A stretch of DNA of 64,000 nt, from NCBI RefSeq assembly GCF_964188315.1, contig NC_135662.1:7564001-7628000 (forward strand). Direction: 5' to 3'. The position numbers were made by a program, and so were the translations under genes. Position 1 is the first letter of the stretch. Every line of letters starts with the position of its first letter. This document shows, in pieces, positions 1-11,523 of this stretch. The notes under the pieces were generated by a model that saw only the letters and a program-made list of their open reading frames with translations, was not told the DNA's origin and ran no database searches. The DNA is from Podarcis muralis (lineage: Eukaryota).

Positions 1-623
1 AAGCAGCAAGATGAGACTTAGAAAAACATATGTATTGATTAGCCTGACATTGAGATTATTGCTTTTGCAAATGAACTACATCAACTTGAGACGTTCACAT
101 ACCTGTGAGAAAATGCTGATCAGCAATATGGTGATTGGGAGACAGGAAATGCAGCACTCAGCGCTGGAATAAGTAGATGGTAGGAAGGCTTGCAGAAATG
201 AATGCAACCCAACGGGAATAAAAGCAGATATGTCCTCAAGTTCCCTGTATGAACTTTAGGGCTCCACCCACCCTTTTTCGAATTCTGCCCACATCATGTG
301 ACAAAAATATTCTTTTCAATGGTTATCAAAATTTTGAAGATAGGAGGAGGTTCTTACCACATAAAGGCATTCTTGAGAAAATTGGGTTAGCAAATTGCAG
401 GGAATGAGGAACCAGACAACACTCTGTGATGCAATCAGGAGAACTATTTTTACTGAGTAGTGTCATGTGTCGTCTTCATTTTGCTATGCTCTAGCTGGTT
501 AACATGGCCATGGGTACACAAGAAACTCAAAGATATACATGCAAATGTATTTATTTCTTATTTCATAATATTCATATACTGCTTAATGGTGAAAATCTCA
601 AAGCAGTTTACAGTTTACAGACA

Positions 624-880
624 NNNNNNNNNNNNNNNNNNNNNNNNNNNNNNNNNNNNNNNNNNNNNNNNNNNNNNNNNNNNNNNNNNNNNNNNNNNNN
701 NNNNNNNNNNNNNNNNNNNNNNNNNNNNNNNNNNNNNNNNNNNNNNNNNNNNNNNNNNNNNNNNNNNNNNNNNNNNNNNNNNNNNNNNNNNNNNNNNNNN
801 NNNNNNNNNNNNNNNNNNNNNNNNNNNNNNNNNNNNNNNNNNNNNNNNNNNNNNNNNNNNNNNNNNNNNNNNNNNNNNNN
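624..880. other. Assembly gap (257 N)
   Basis: Run of N. Confidence 1.
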
Positions 881-1297
881 GGCATCCTGGAAAGTTAGGA
901 AGATCTCCCTCCTTCATTGACTGTTCAAGGTCATGTCCTAGAGCAGTACATTTTGCTAAGGAATTCTGCCCACATCATGTGACAAAAATATTTTGAATAT
1001 AGGTGGAGGTTCTTAGCTCATAAAGGCATTCTTGAGAAAATTGGGTTAGCAAAATGCAGGGAATGAGGAACCAGACAACACTCTGTTATGCAATCAGGAG
1101 AACTATTTTTACTGAGTAGTGTCATGTGTCGTCTTCATTTTGCTATGCTCTAGCTGGTTAACATGGCCATGGGTACACAAGAAACTCAAAGATATACATG
1201 CAAATGTATTTATTTCTTATTTCATAATATTCATATATTGCTTAATGGTGAAAATCTCAAATCAGTTTACAGTTTACAGACATGTAAGAAGCGTCAT

Positions 1298-1300
<3 letters not shown>

Positions 1301-1335
<35 letters not shown>
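1301..1335. repeat. (CA)n microsatellite
   Basis: Direct. Confidence 0.95.
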
Positions 1336-1337
<2 letters not shown>

Positions 1338-2458
1338 TTTTAAAGGCATCCTGGAGAGTTGGGATGATCTCCTTACTTCATTGACTGTTCAAGGTCATGT
1401 CCTAGAGCAGTAGCATCACTGGAAACTGGAGGAAGCTTGTATCCACCTGGTCAGTGTGAGGGCAGGTTTTCCACACCCCAGTTCCCCTAAGAAGAAGAAT
1501 TACTGTCCTGTAGCAGCAGCATCAATGGGATGTAAAAGATAGCGGGGTGGGCTTTTTCTTTATTTTGGATTCTTCCCTGTACATTGCTCGTGATATTTAG
1601 TCTGTCAAGTTTCTTCCCCTTCAGCAGTAAGGCAAAAGTCATTCCATTCCTCTATGGCTCCTCTGTTACAACACAGTACATTCTCCTACATGTCCTCTTT
1701 CCTTGATGCTCCTGTCTATCCAAAACTCAGTTGCCTGAAGAAATCACTTCTTTCACCACTCACATATTTGGACCCCCCCCCCCAAGTTTAATTCATGGGA
1801 TGTCTAGTCCTTCCCACCTGCAGCACAAATGCCTTAACCTTAATTTTAGTGCCTTCCCCGCCCCTCCGGCCGCCCTTACTGCTTTGTAAGTTAGTGGCCA
1901 TTATCTCTTCCTCTCCAAATCTACCCACCTCAACTGACTAAAGCCCTCCTACTTCACTAAAAAGCTCTGCTCATTCTGTTGATGAGCTCAAAACATGGAA
2001 CTCGCCACCCTTAAGTATCTATCCAGGATGGAAGATTTTGCAAGGTTGCAGTACAGTAGTAGGTGGCACAGGAAACTTCTTCATGTTCCAGGGTTTTCAT
2101 TTTTCAGGTTACCCCCCCCCAAAAAAAAAGTGGAATTCAGAAGGCATATGGTGGCTTTGCAGGGCTTGAATTAAATGTCCCTCCGGGTCCCTTCCACTTC
2201 TACATTTCTGTAATTCTATGATTCCAAGTCAAAATAATTTTGGCCATATTAGTGGAGTTTGTGCCAAATGCTTTCAGAACTGTCTTCAGTCACAGGAAAA
2301 GACTACAACCTCACCTATATGAGCTCAAGCAAGACGTGAATACTGAATACAAATTAAGTAGGCTACAGGAAATGCAACCTGAAGTTATAGACATCTGCTT
2401 AGTAGAATGTAGAATGTCATAGTATAAACTAGATAAAAGTGATGGTCTTTTGGGACCA

Positions 2459-3439
2459 TTAGCACTTTGTTTCAACAGAGGTCTCTGCTTCCTCTGTTGA
2501 GCTTTCCTCCTCCTTGAAAACATTCTGGAGTATGGCTTTCATGCTCTTCCTGTGTCTGCCTCTCTTCTGCCTCCCAACCAGGAAATAGATCAAAGGGTTA
2601 ACACTGCTGTTCAGGCAGGCAAATAAGTAGACATAAATTGAAGAAAAGAGAGAGGCTGAATCAAAAACATAAGGGCTGATGTAATAGGCATTTAGTGGAA
2701 ACGAAAAAATGATGAAGAAAAGAAGAGCAAGCAAGATGGCTATTTGAGTTTTACCCCGCCTTCGCTGTTGCGATTTGAAGGAGACCTTGAGGCAGAGAAT
2801 TAGAGTTGAGATAGTCATGAGCGGGAGGCAAAGGATGCCGTTCACAGCATATTGGTAACGTTTCATGGTATAATTGTGTACCATTTCACTCAGGCGGAGG
2901 GTGAAGGTAATTCCACAGAGAAGGCTAGAAAGTACCCATATTATGGAACACAAAGTGGTGGACAAATTTGCTGGCCGGCGGCATCGATGCCAAATTGGGA
3001 AGAGGACTGACACACACCTGTCAATGCTGATGGCTGTCAGTAGATATTGACCAGCACTGTACATTACTTGAAAGACATCTTGTAGAAAATCATACAGAGG
3101 TCCATAATAGTCTCCTGTTGCAAACAAAATCATTTCCATAAAAAAGTTAGCTGTGACTACACCCAAGTCCGCAACAGAGAGGTTCAGGATGTAAATGGTG
3201 AAAGAGTTCCTCTTAATGCAGAAGCTAAGCAGCCAGACAACAGTCCCATTCCCTAAAAGCCCCAAAATGCAAATCAAAATTGTGAGTATAGAAAATATAT
3301 ATATATTTGGGTAAATATCCAAAATCCATTCTGGATAATCATAACTACTATTGTTGGAGGACCCAGTTGCATTGTCTTCTCCATAATAGTCTTCTTTAGC
3401 ATTGAAAGGAGACAGGGCCATTGGGCTGTAATTGGCCAT
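2459..3439 (-). CDS. MAS-related GPCR (MRGPR/MAS1-like), divergent paralog 1, intact main coding exon (326 aa from the internal ATG; probably extended to 3483 plus exon 4662-4689)
   Basis: 7 hydrophobic segments; GLLGNGTVVWLL, YILNLSVADL, LLTAISIDRCVSVLFPIWHRCRRP, NSSVNPLIYFLVG motifs typical of the MRGPR/MAS family; splice acceptor ...ccacccccagcag| ending at 3484. Confidence 0.93.
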   Translation of the reverse strand: MANYSPMALSPFNAKEDYYGEDNATGSSNNSSYDYPEWILDIYPNIYIFSILTILICILGLLGNGTVVWLLSFCIKRNSFTIYILNLSVADLGVVTANFFMEMILFATGDYYGPLYDFLQDVFQVMYSAGQYLLTAISIDRCVSVLFPIWHRCRRPANLSTTLCSIIWVLSSLLCGITFTLRLSEMVHNYTMKRYQYAVNGILCLPLMTISTLILCLKVSFKSQQRRRGKTQIAILLALLFFIIFSFPLNAYYISPYVFDSASLFSSIYVYLFACLNSSVNPLIYFLVGRQKRGRHRKSMKAILQNVFKEEESSTEEAETSVETKC

Positions 3440-3689
3440 TGTACTCAGTCGTTGCTGTTGCGCTTCTTCTTGTGTAGATATGTCTGCTGGGGGTGGAGAG
3501 GGTGGAATTAGTCTTTGTTAATGAATAAAGATGAAACTAAAACTTTTCAGCCTACTCTTCCATGTCTTTGTGAGTTAATTCTTGAGTTAATTCCTAATAT
3601 GAGAGTTAATTTTTAAGGTGAAATGGCTCATCTGTTTCATCTCGAGTTCAAGCTACCTCTTCAGTAACAAACCTAATGTCAGGGCATGG

Positions 3690-4229
3690 CTGGATGAAGA
3701 GGAGTGGTGGGAGCCTCTTGCCCTATAGCCCCCCGCCCCCGAGGATGCAGAAGATTAGGATATTTTTAATCCAGTTGAAAGCGATACTGCCACATGGCTT
3801 CTGAAATGATTTCTCTCCCATCTCCTTACGGTCTTCAGATAAGAACATCTTGGAGATCCCGGGCCACAGGGAGGTTAGGCTGGCCTCAACCAGAGATAGG
3901 GCTTTTTCAGCCGTGGCCCCGATCTGGTGGAACACTCTGCCACAAGAGACTAGGGCCCTGCAGGAGTTGACATCTTTCTGCAGGGCCTTCAAGACAGTGC
4001 TGTACCATCAGGCCTTTGGCCAAAGCACAATCTGACCCCCTCCTTCCTTCTGTAATCCTCACAGACCTCTAGCCCAATGGTTGCCATTAATTTGATTCTG
4101 AATTGATTTTAGAATGTTTTTTAATTAATTAGCTGTGATTTTATGTAAAATGTGCTGTTTTTCCTGTTGTTAGCCGCTCTGAGCCGGGCTTTGGCCAGGG
4201 AGGGTGGGGTATAAATAAAATGTTGTTGT

Positions 4230-4263
<34 letters not shown>

Positions 4264-4270
4264 GTTGTGA
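3690..4270 (+). mobile_element. L2-type LINE 3' fragment ending in (TTG)n tail
   Basis: DRAFSAVAPIWWNTLP peptide matches L2 ORF2 C-terminus; ttagccgctctgag...ggtataaataaa 3' end; (TTG)n 4221-4268. Confidence 0.6.
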
Positions 4271-4661
4271 CATAAATGCAGAAGGTTGACAGGCCATATT
4301 TGGCCCATCGGTTGGAGGTTCCCCACCCCTAGTTGATAGAGGTACAAAGATTTTTGGGTCATGCATTGGAGCCATCTCCACTTGCCAATGAACAACGGGG
4401 AGCTTGCTCCAAGGCTCCTGGTTTTTCCTTTGCAGTTTCACTGGCCAAATTAGGAACCTGCTTGATTTAGTACAACATCAGGCTCAGTGCACTCCCTGTC
4501 CTACTGGAAAAGGCAAAACAGAAATGGGGAACACAGAACAAGATGAAAAAAGTTGTGAAACTGGTTTACTGAGATAAGCAAGAGATGGCTAGAGGTATTC
4601 ATTTTATTGTAAAAAGTGGAAATAAGCAGGCAAGAATTTCTAACTTAAGCTTTTCGCTTAC

Positions 4662-4689
4662 CTGTGACAAACATTGGATCAGATATCAT
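4662..4689 (-). CDS. Predicted upstream coding exon of paralog 1 (MISDPMFVT+G, phase 1); exon about 4662-4722
   Basis: ATG ATA TCT GAT CCA ATG TTT GTC ACA G|gtaagc; strong donor; in frame with the 44-nt leader 3440-3483. Confidence 0.7.
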
Positions 4690-5196
4690 GATGGAGAGAG
4701 AAAAAACCAGCAGTATATATTCCTGTGCTGGAATAAACAACCAGAAGATTTGCAGACATCAATGCCACTCCCAAGTCTTGAGGAAACATTCAATGCATTT
4801 AAAAGCTCATGGCAAGATGTACAGCAATGTGCCCGTTTGCCTTCAGTTATGCTTAATCCGTTTGCCAGTGACAAGACAAAAACGATTCTCACTGGATTGC
4901 CAATACAATCATCTGCAAATTTAGGAGGAGATTATTTTTTGCAATACCCTAGAATACCACTCTTGCAAGAAGTGGGCTTGCAAGCAGTAGGAAACAAATG
5001 ACTCTGAATTGATCAGGTGAAATGCATTTATTGAATAGAATCATAAAAAGCTTCTAAATTTTCGTGCTGAAACTGGAATTATGGAGGTACAAAACTGGAA
5101 GTTATGGATGTACGAAAAAGCACTAAGAGCATGCAATATTATAGCAAATGTAAAAATTTAGGGTGGTATAGGTGAGTATAGGGTAGTATACAAATT

Positions 5197-5197
<1 letters not shown>

Positions 5198-5228
<31 letters not shown>
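5198..5228. repeat. (AAT)n microsatellite
   Basis: Direct. Confidence 0.9.
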
Positions 5229-5284
5229 TTATAATGCCATATTATTATTTTTCTCACTCTCCTATAATACTAGAACTCAGGGCC

Positions 5285-5645
5285 ATCTAGTGCATCTGAA
5301 TGCTGGACAATTCAAGAGAGACAAAAGAAAATACTTCTCTGAAAAGTAGATAGATAAACCGTGGAATCTGCTCCCAAAGTATATACTCATGGCCACCAAC
5401 TTGGATGACTTTAAAAGAGGACTGAACACATCAATGGATGATAAATTTATATTCTGCCTCCTGTGTGTGGGGCAGTATGCCTCTGAAGTCCAGTTGCTGA
5501 AAATCAGAACTGGGGGGAAAGCTGTTGTGCTCAGGTCCTGCTTGTAAGCTTCCCATAAACATCTGTTTGACCACTGTGAGAAAAGGTTGCCGGGATGGAT
5601 GGTTCTTTGGCCTTCCCCAGCTGTTCCCTTCTTATGGTGTGTCCT
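5285..5645 (+). mobile_element. Old CR1-like LINE 3' fragment (related pieces at ~21030-21150, 29735-30025, 48830-49125)
   Basis: FKRDKRKYF..IDKPWNLLP-like remnant and ggcagtatgcctctg...ccactgtgagaa..cttcttatg 3' UTR; family assignment from recognition only. Confidence 0.5.
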
Positions 5646-7049
5646 GATAGCATCAACAGAGAAGGCAACATGAAGGATGGGGCTTTATTTTGCATTCTTT
5701 TCTTCACTTGGTTTTGCATGTTCCATCAGTTATGTTTTTTCCTCTGGCACAACATGAAAACAAGCCCCACATTCTTCTCCAACTCCAGTGCTGAAACTTA
5801 GTTCACCATCTGGTCATCTCCTGACTTGGCTACACCGACTTTTTCTGCTCTGGACGGAGCTCTTCATTCACTCCTCTGTCCTCTTATTGATTCAAAATTC
5901 TGTTTCCAAATCATTCACCTCTGCTAAAAGTAGTTAGTAGTATCCTGTGCCAGCCATTCAGCTGTTGAGGCTACAACAGTCTGGCATGTGGGGTTATAGC
6001 CCAAAACATCTGGAAGCAACCACACTTGTTTTTCCTTTCTTATGTCCCTGATGACAAAAGAAGAGCTTTTCTGGAGCAGAACAGAGGTAGATCTAGTCCA
6101 TCATTCTGTTCCTGCTTTCTAAAGGAAGCCACTAAAGCAGATATGTTCCTTCACCACCATCGTCAAATTCACTCAGTGAGACTTTGTAACAGACATGTGG
6201 AATTCTAGCAGTGCAAGACTCTGCAAAGATCACATCCAGTTAAGTATGCAATGCTGGACTTGCTATTCCACAGACTGGGCAGAGGCAAACATCTGCATTG
6301 GCAAAGACCAACTCATGTTTAGAGGCACAATCTGAGTGTCATTAAAAGCAAACTTTGATGCCAGATTGAAGAGTCCTTCTAGACGGAAGCAGGATTGCCT
6401 TGCCCACAAGGCAAGCTGAGGAGACCACCTCAGGTGGCAGGATCCAGGGAGGGAGGTCGATACTTCCTTTGAGTAACATGGTAGGTAGTTAGGAAGTTTG
6501 TGTAATTTATGTGAAATGTAATTTTGGAAAACTCATTAAAAATCATGTTTAAAAAAGAAATCATAAATAAATAGATAAATTAATACATAAAGTGATGTTG
6601 ATGGTGTCAGAGTTCTGTTTGCTGAAATTAAAGTGGAGATTACACTCTAAAAGTCTCAGTTTTGCAGAAAGAAATTACTGGGAAAAGTTAGTTTGCAAGA
6701 GGTAGGGAAGGGAGAACCAGCTAATGGCTCTGTGACTTAATCAAGTGAAATTCATTTATTGATTAAAATCATACCCTGCTTCTATATTTCCATGCTCAAT
6801 CTGGTTAACGGAATCAAAACGGATGTACAAAAAAGAGTACAAAAATACTGGGAATGTTTCATCTGTGCCTTTTGGGGTTTTTACCATGGTCATCCTTCTG
6901 TAAAGTTTATACCTGTAGTCAACCATGTCCCACTGGTTTTCTGCATTCCAACAGGCTTCTTTTATGCTCACTATGTGAATGCCATCTGGACATAATGCAG
7001 TAAATAGGTAGGACAGTCACATGTGGTCTTCCGTATCAGTAATGGCCAG

Positions 7050-8070
7050 AGCACATTACAGACAACTACATGAGATGTACAAGGAAGAGAATAAGAAAGG
7101 GTTTAGTTACACAACTTCTAGATTTCAAAAGGAAGTTATAGAAGAAGAAGTGAAGCTGCTGAAGAAAGCATATAGTATTTTGATAGAATGGGAAACAAAA
7201 GATGAGGAGGTCAAATCGGTTATGATCAAATGGCCACAGGATATAGGACATAATATACAATTTGAGGACTGGGAAAAATTGTGGAAGGTAAACTTGAAAT
7301 TTACAGATTGTTCTCTCTTTAAAGAAAATTATATGAAAATGATGTATAGATGGTATATTACACCAGTGCAGATCGTAAAAATGTATAATACAGGGTCAAA
7401 TATATGTTGGAAATGTAAAGAAAAAGAAGGGACTTTTTATCATATATGGTGGGAATGGAGAGAAATTTTAAAAAATTGGGAAATGATATACAATGAATTG
7501 GGGGGGGGGATGTTTAAAATGACATTTGTAAAGAAACCAGAAGCATTTTTGTTAGGGACTGTAGGACAAGACCTGCCAAGAAATATAAAGAATTAATTTA
7601 TGTATGCTACAACAGCAGCAAGAGTCTTGATAGCACAAGGATGGAAGAATGAGTAAATCCCAATGAAAGAACAGTGGCAATAAAAATTGATGAGATATGC
7701 AGAGTTGGCTAAACTGACATGTAAATTGCAGGACGAGGACAGCTGTGGCTTTAAGGAAGAATGGGAGCTTTTTTTTACAAATTATTTAAAAAGACAACAA
7801 AATGAACTGGACTCGTTGGCAGGTTTTGAATAAACATAGACAAATTTATTGGTTGATAACATGTTAGATAGATAATGTAAGGATATGTAAAATTTTATAA
7901 CATGCAGAGAATAATATGTGCTGAGAAATCAGAGAGAGGAGCTGAGGGAGGACTTTGGTGGGGGAGCAAAGGGAGGGGGAAGGGGGGAAATAATGTATGC
8001 GATTATATGGTTTGATAATTTGTTATGTTGAAATTGCTGATAAGAATAATTTTAAAAAAGAAAAAAGAAA
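7050..8070 (+). mobile_element. L1 LINE 3' fragment (ORF2 C-terminus and 3' UTR)
   Basis: ORF 7021-7596 with MMYRWYITP and CWKCKEKEGTFYHIWW, homologous to L1 ORF2 at 41849-42205; A-rich end. Confidence 0.85.
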
Positions 8071-8831
8071 CAAGAGGTACAGCTACAATAGTTGGGCATA
8101 TGTGGCTGACTAACATCAATCAAGGAACGTCTCAATTTTCTTTTGATTTAGGAGCAGGGGAAGATCCTTGGAGGAAGGGTTCCTGAGGGACATTAAACTG
8201 GATGAACTTATTTAATTGAATATATGACGATGTGTCATATTAGTCCTCTTCCCATAAAAGACCATGCATATAAGTGCATAAGAAGGGGCAGGATTGTAAA
8301 AGCAGATCTTTATGGTGACTGCACATTCAGCTGAATTTGTGCATAGAGTCAGGCACATTTATAATTATGCACAGCTAAGGCTCTGCCAGGAACTCTGCCA
8401 TTTGATGTTTCCCTAATGACATGGCTGGATATACATGTAACCCAATACTTTGGATGCTATTTGATTAAGCCATACTCTGAATTGACCCACTGAAATCAAG
8501 GCACTTGGTTGTGACTTATTTAAATCGGTTGATATTGACTTAGTTAGGAAGTTGGCTTACACCAATTCAGATCATTTGTTGAGCTAGTTTAGTAATACCT
8601 ACTGAGTTAGGGAAAGCATCCTCAAAAGACTGGTAATAGATCCTCACATTTCAGACAGTGTCCTTCCCAGCCCTACCTGACAGAGACTGAATCTGGACTC
8701 TTCTGCATGCAAACCACTCAGCCTCAGATTTTGGATACAAAATCCACACTTCCATTTGAACTGTGATTTCTATGCAAGGATATGAGAGGTGATTCTTTTG
8801 TGCCATTGCTTATTCCCATGAAAACCTGCTA

Positions 8832-9057
8832 CAGTGGTACCTCGGGTTAAGTACTTAATTCGTTCCGGAGGTTCGTTCTTAACCTGAAACTGTTCTGAAC
8901 CTGAAGCACCACTTTAGCGAATGGTGCCTCCTGCTGCTGCCACACTACTGGAGCCCGATTTCTGTTCTTATCCTGAAGCAAAGTTCTTAACCTGAAGCAC
9001 TATTTCTGGGTTAGCGGAGTCTGTAACCTGAAGCGTATGCAACCCGAGGAACCACTG
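8832..9057. mobile_element. Tc1/mariner-type MITE (226 bp)
   Basis: TIRs cagtggtacctcgggtt / aacccgaggaaccactg, TA TSD on both sides; empty paralogous sites at ~20030 and ~43100. Confidence 0.9.
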
Positions 9058-9218
9058 TATTTGCTGTTGATTGGGGACAAACATCAGTAGGGTTTTGGAA
9101 GGGATATTCAAAGCCTTAGTGTTGGACCTGAAGCTACTAAGTCTATCAGGCGCTGAGATCTCCAGAACTCATTCTGTCCTAGTCCTGCCACCCTTGCAGA
9201 TGAAATATGTTCACATAC

Positions 9219-9246
9219 CTGTGAGAATCTGTGGCTCAGATACCAT
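9219..9246 (-). CDS. Orphan copy of the upstream MRGPR coding exon (MVSEPQILT+G, phase 1); exon about 9219-9275
   Basis: ATG GTA TCT GAG CCA CAG ATT CTC ACA G|gtatgt; acceptor ccccagcacag|. Confidence 0.5.
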
Positions 9247-9884
9247 GAGCAGGAGGAAGCAGGAGTAAGAGCGTTCTGTGCTGGGGAAAGCAGGCAATTG
9301 AAGGATTTGCAGGAATCAATGCAATGCCCAAGTCGCAATGAAAACTTGTAAGACTGACCCAGCTAATGTCCTGTAAATTATCCTCTCCTCTTCATCTGCG
9401 CTTAATCAGTTTGCCAACATCTTGTGACAAGAAGAAACTGTTTCTTTACTGGTGATCAAGATAGCCATCAGCAAAATTAGGAGGAGTTTGTTGCCGCCTT
9501 AAGTCTCACTGTTATAGAAAGAACTCTTGATAAAAGGTGGTTTCCTAGTCATTGGGAAGCGGAAAGCAATTAACAACTCTGTGACTTAATCGAGTGATAT
9601 TCATTTATTGATTAATAGCATAGTATGCTTTTATCTTTCCATGCTCAACTTGGTTAACATAATAATCTATATACCATAAAGTACAAAAACACAGGGAATA
9701 TTGCAGCCAATGGATACAGTAACATAAGAGCCATGAGAAGTTTCTTCTGGAAAGTGGGGAATTCCTGTAGATTTTTCCCCACTCCCAAATGTTAACTACT
9801 CAATTGCTAACTACTGCTAACTACTCAAAACTGTGCCATTTTTTAAAACCTCCATTTTCCTCATATCAGATTCCCCCGAGGATC

Positions 9885-10057
9885 TGAAACTGTTCTGAAC
9901 CTGAAGCACCACTTTAGCTAATGGGGCCTCCTGCTGCCGCCACGCCACCGGAGCACAATTTCGGTTCTCATCCTGAAGCAAAGTTCTTAACCTGAGGTAG
10001 TATTTCTGGGTTAGCAGAGTCTGTAACATGAAGCGTATGTAACCCGAGGTACCACTG
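9885..10057. mobile_element. Truncated copy of the same Tc1/mariner MITE
   Basis: Similar to 8885-9057; retains right TIR aacccgaggtaccactg+TA. Confidence 0.85.
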
Positions 10058-10060
10058 TAC

Positions 10061-11045
10061 ATCATTTTCATTACATTTTATTTGAGCAAACTGCGTGCAG
10101 TAAAATTTATTCCATATTTCCCAATCTTTCCCAATCTTCTAAAAGTATGTTATACCCAATATCTTTTGCCCAATGTATCATTATAGATTTAGCTTTTTCA
10201 TCTTTTGTATACCATTCCAAAAGTAACTTATATGTTCTTGACAACATTTTTACTTTATTACTTAATAAATTCAATTCAAACCTACATCTTATATATTCCA
10301 TTTTTCTTGTTGTCTTCTTTAAACACTTCATTTATTTGACAATAATGCAGCCAATCATTTCCCAGGTTTTTTTATTTCCTCATAAGGTTTTAGTTTCCAC
10401 TGGTTATCCATCTCCATCACCAAATCTCCATAGGTGGGCCATCCCCCCCACCACCATTTTTAGCTTTTTTTTTTTTTTTTTGGTCTTCTTTAAACACTTC
10501 ATTTGTTTGATGATAATGCAGCCAGTCATTTACCAAGGTTTTTTATTTCATTATAAGGTTTAAGTTTAAGTTTCCAGAAGGTCATCCATCTCCATCACCA
10601 AATCTCCATAGGTGGCCCATCCTTCCCCCCATATTTAACTTTTTTTAATAGTTGTTGCCTCTAACGGCAACAGCCACCATGGTGTTTTACATTCTATTAA
10701 GGCTTATATCTATTCAACACCTCATATATTGATTTTTGAATTATGTGGTTCAGAAAATCTTTATGGATTTTTACCTTCTCATATCATAAATATGCGTGCC
10801 ACCCAAATCTCTTATCAAATCCTTCCAGATCTAATAGAGCTGTATTTTTTAACAATATCCAATCCCTTAACCAACAAAGGCAAGAAGCTTCGTAATACAC
10901 ATTTAAATCTGGTAGAGAGAAACCTCCTCTCTCTTTGGTATCTGTAAGTAATTTAAATTTTATTCTTGGTTTCTTTCCTTGCCAGATAAATCTTGTAATT
11001 ACTTTCTGCCACTCTTTAAAATCATGAACACCATTTATAATCTAC
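10061..11045 (-). mobile_element. Degenerate L1 ORF2 3' fragment
   Basis: KMLSRTYKLLLEWYTKDEKAKSIMIHWAKDIGYNI matches L1 ORF2 at 41700-41810; contains a ~170 bp internal duplication. Confidence 0.8.
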
Positions 11046-11200
11046 TATGTCTTCCAAGAGGGAAATAAATCAAAGGGTTAACACAACAGTTCAGGCACTC
11101 ACAAAAGTAGTCATAATATAGGCTCTAGGGAGGTTCTGAACTGAAAACAAAAATGCTGATGCATAAAGCATTCAAAATGTGTTTAAAGGTTCCCTTCTGC
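11046..11200 (-). pseudogene. MRGPR TM6-TM7 remnant, cut by the L1 fragment
   Basis: Minus strand contains ctgaactgttgtgttaaccctttgatttatttcc (LNCCVNPLIYF). Confidence 0.75.
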
Positions 11201-11523
11201 CAGCCGAATATACCCAGCCTACATCTTTCCCCAACTGCAAGTTCAGAGCTCCCTGAATACATTAAATGAATGTATGAATACAATGGACCCAGGCTTCCTC
11301 CATAGTCGTATACTATCTAGATTTATAAAATAATAAGAATAATAAGAAGTTCGTCAAATCCATTCATCTGTTCAAGACTGAGATTCTATGCACACTCTGA
11401 AATCAATAGGCAGCACTGAGCACAGGTCAACAAGGTTACAGACAGAAATTTGTAAATTGGGAACTAGATTGTGTCATCAGAATCACAATGATAAAGACAT
11501 ATTTTGGCAATATTTTTGAGCCC

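Larger units (their letters stand above)
281..1412. repeat. Two near-identical ~0.45-0.68 kb tandem copies spanning an assembly gap
   Basis: 281-623 recurs at 962-1281 and 881-948 recurs at 1345-1412, with a few SNPs/indels; the N run lies where the second copy has a (CA)n tract. Confidence 0.85.

Noticed and set aside
460-996. ORFs with long X runs (460-996, 504-920, 598-885, 615-917)
   Set aside because: Artefacts of translating the N gap
4121-4441. PolyQ and polyN ORFs
   Set aside because: Translations of the (TTG)n tail of an L2 fragment
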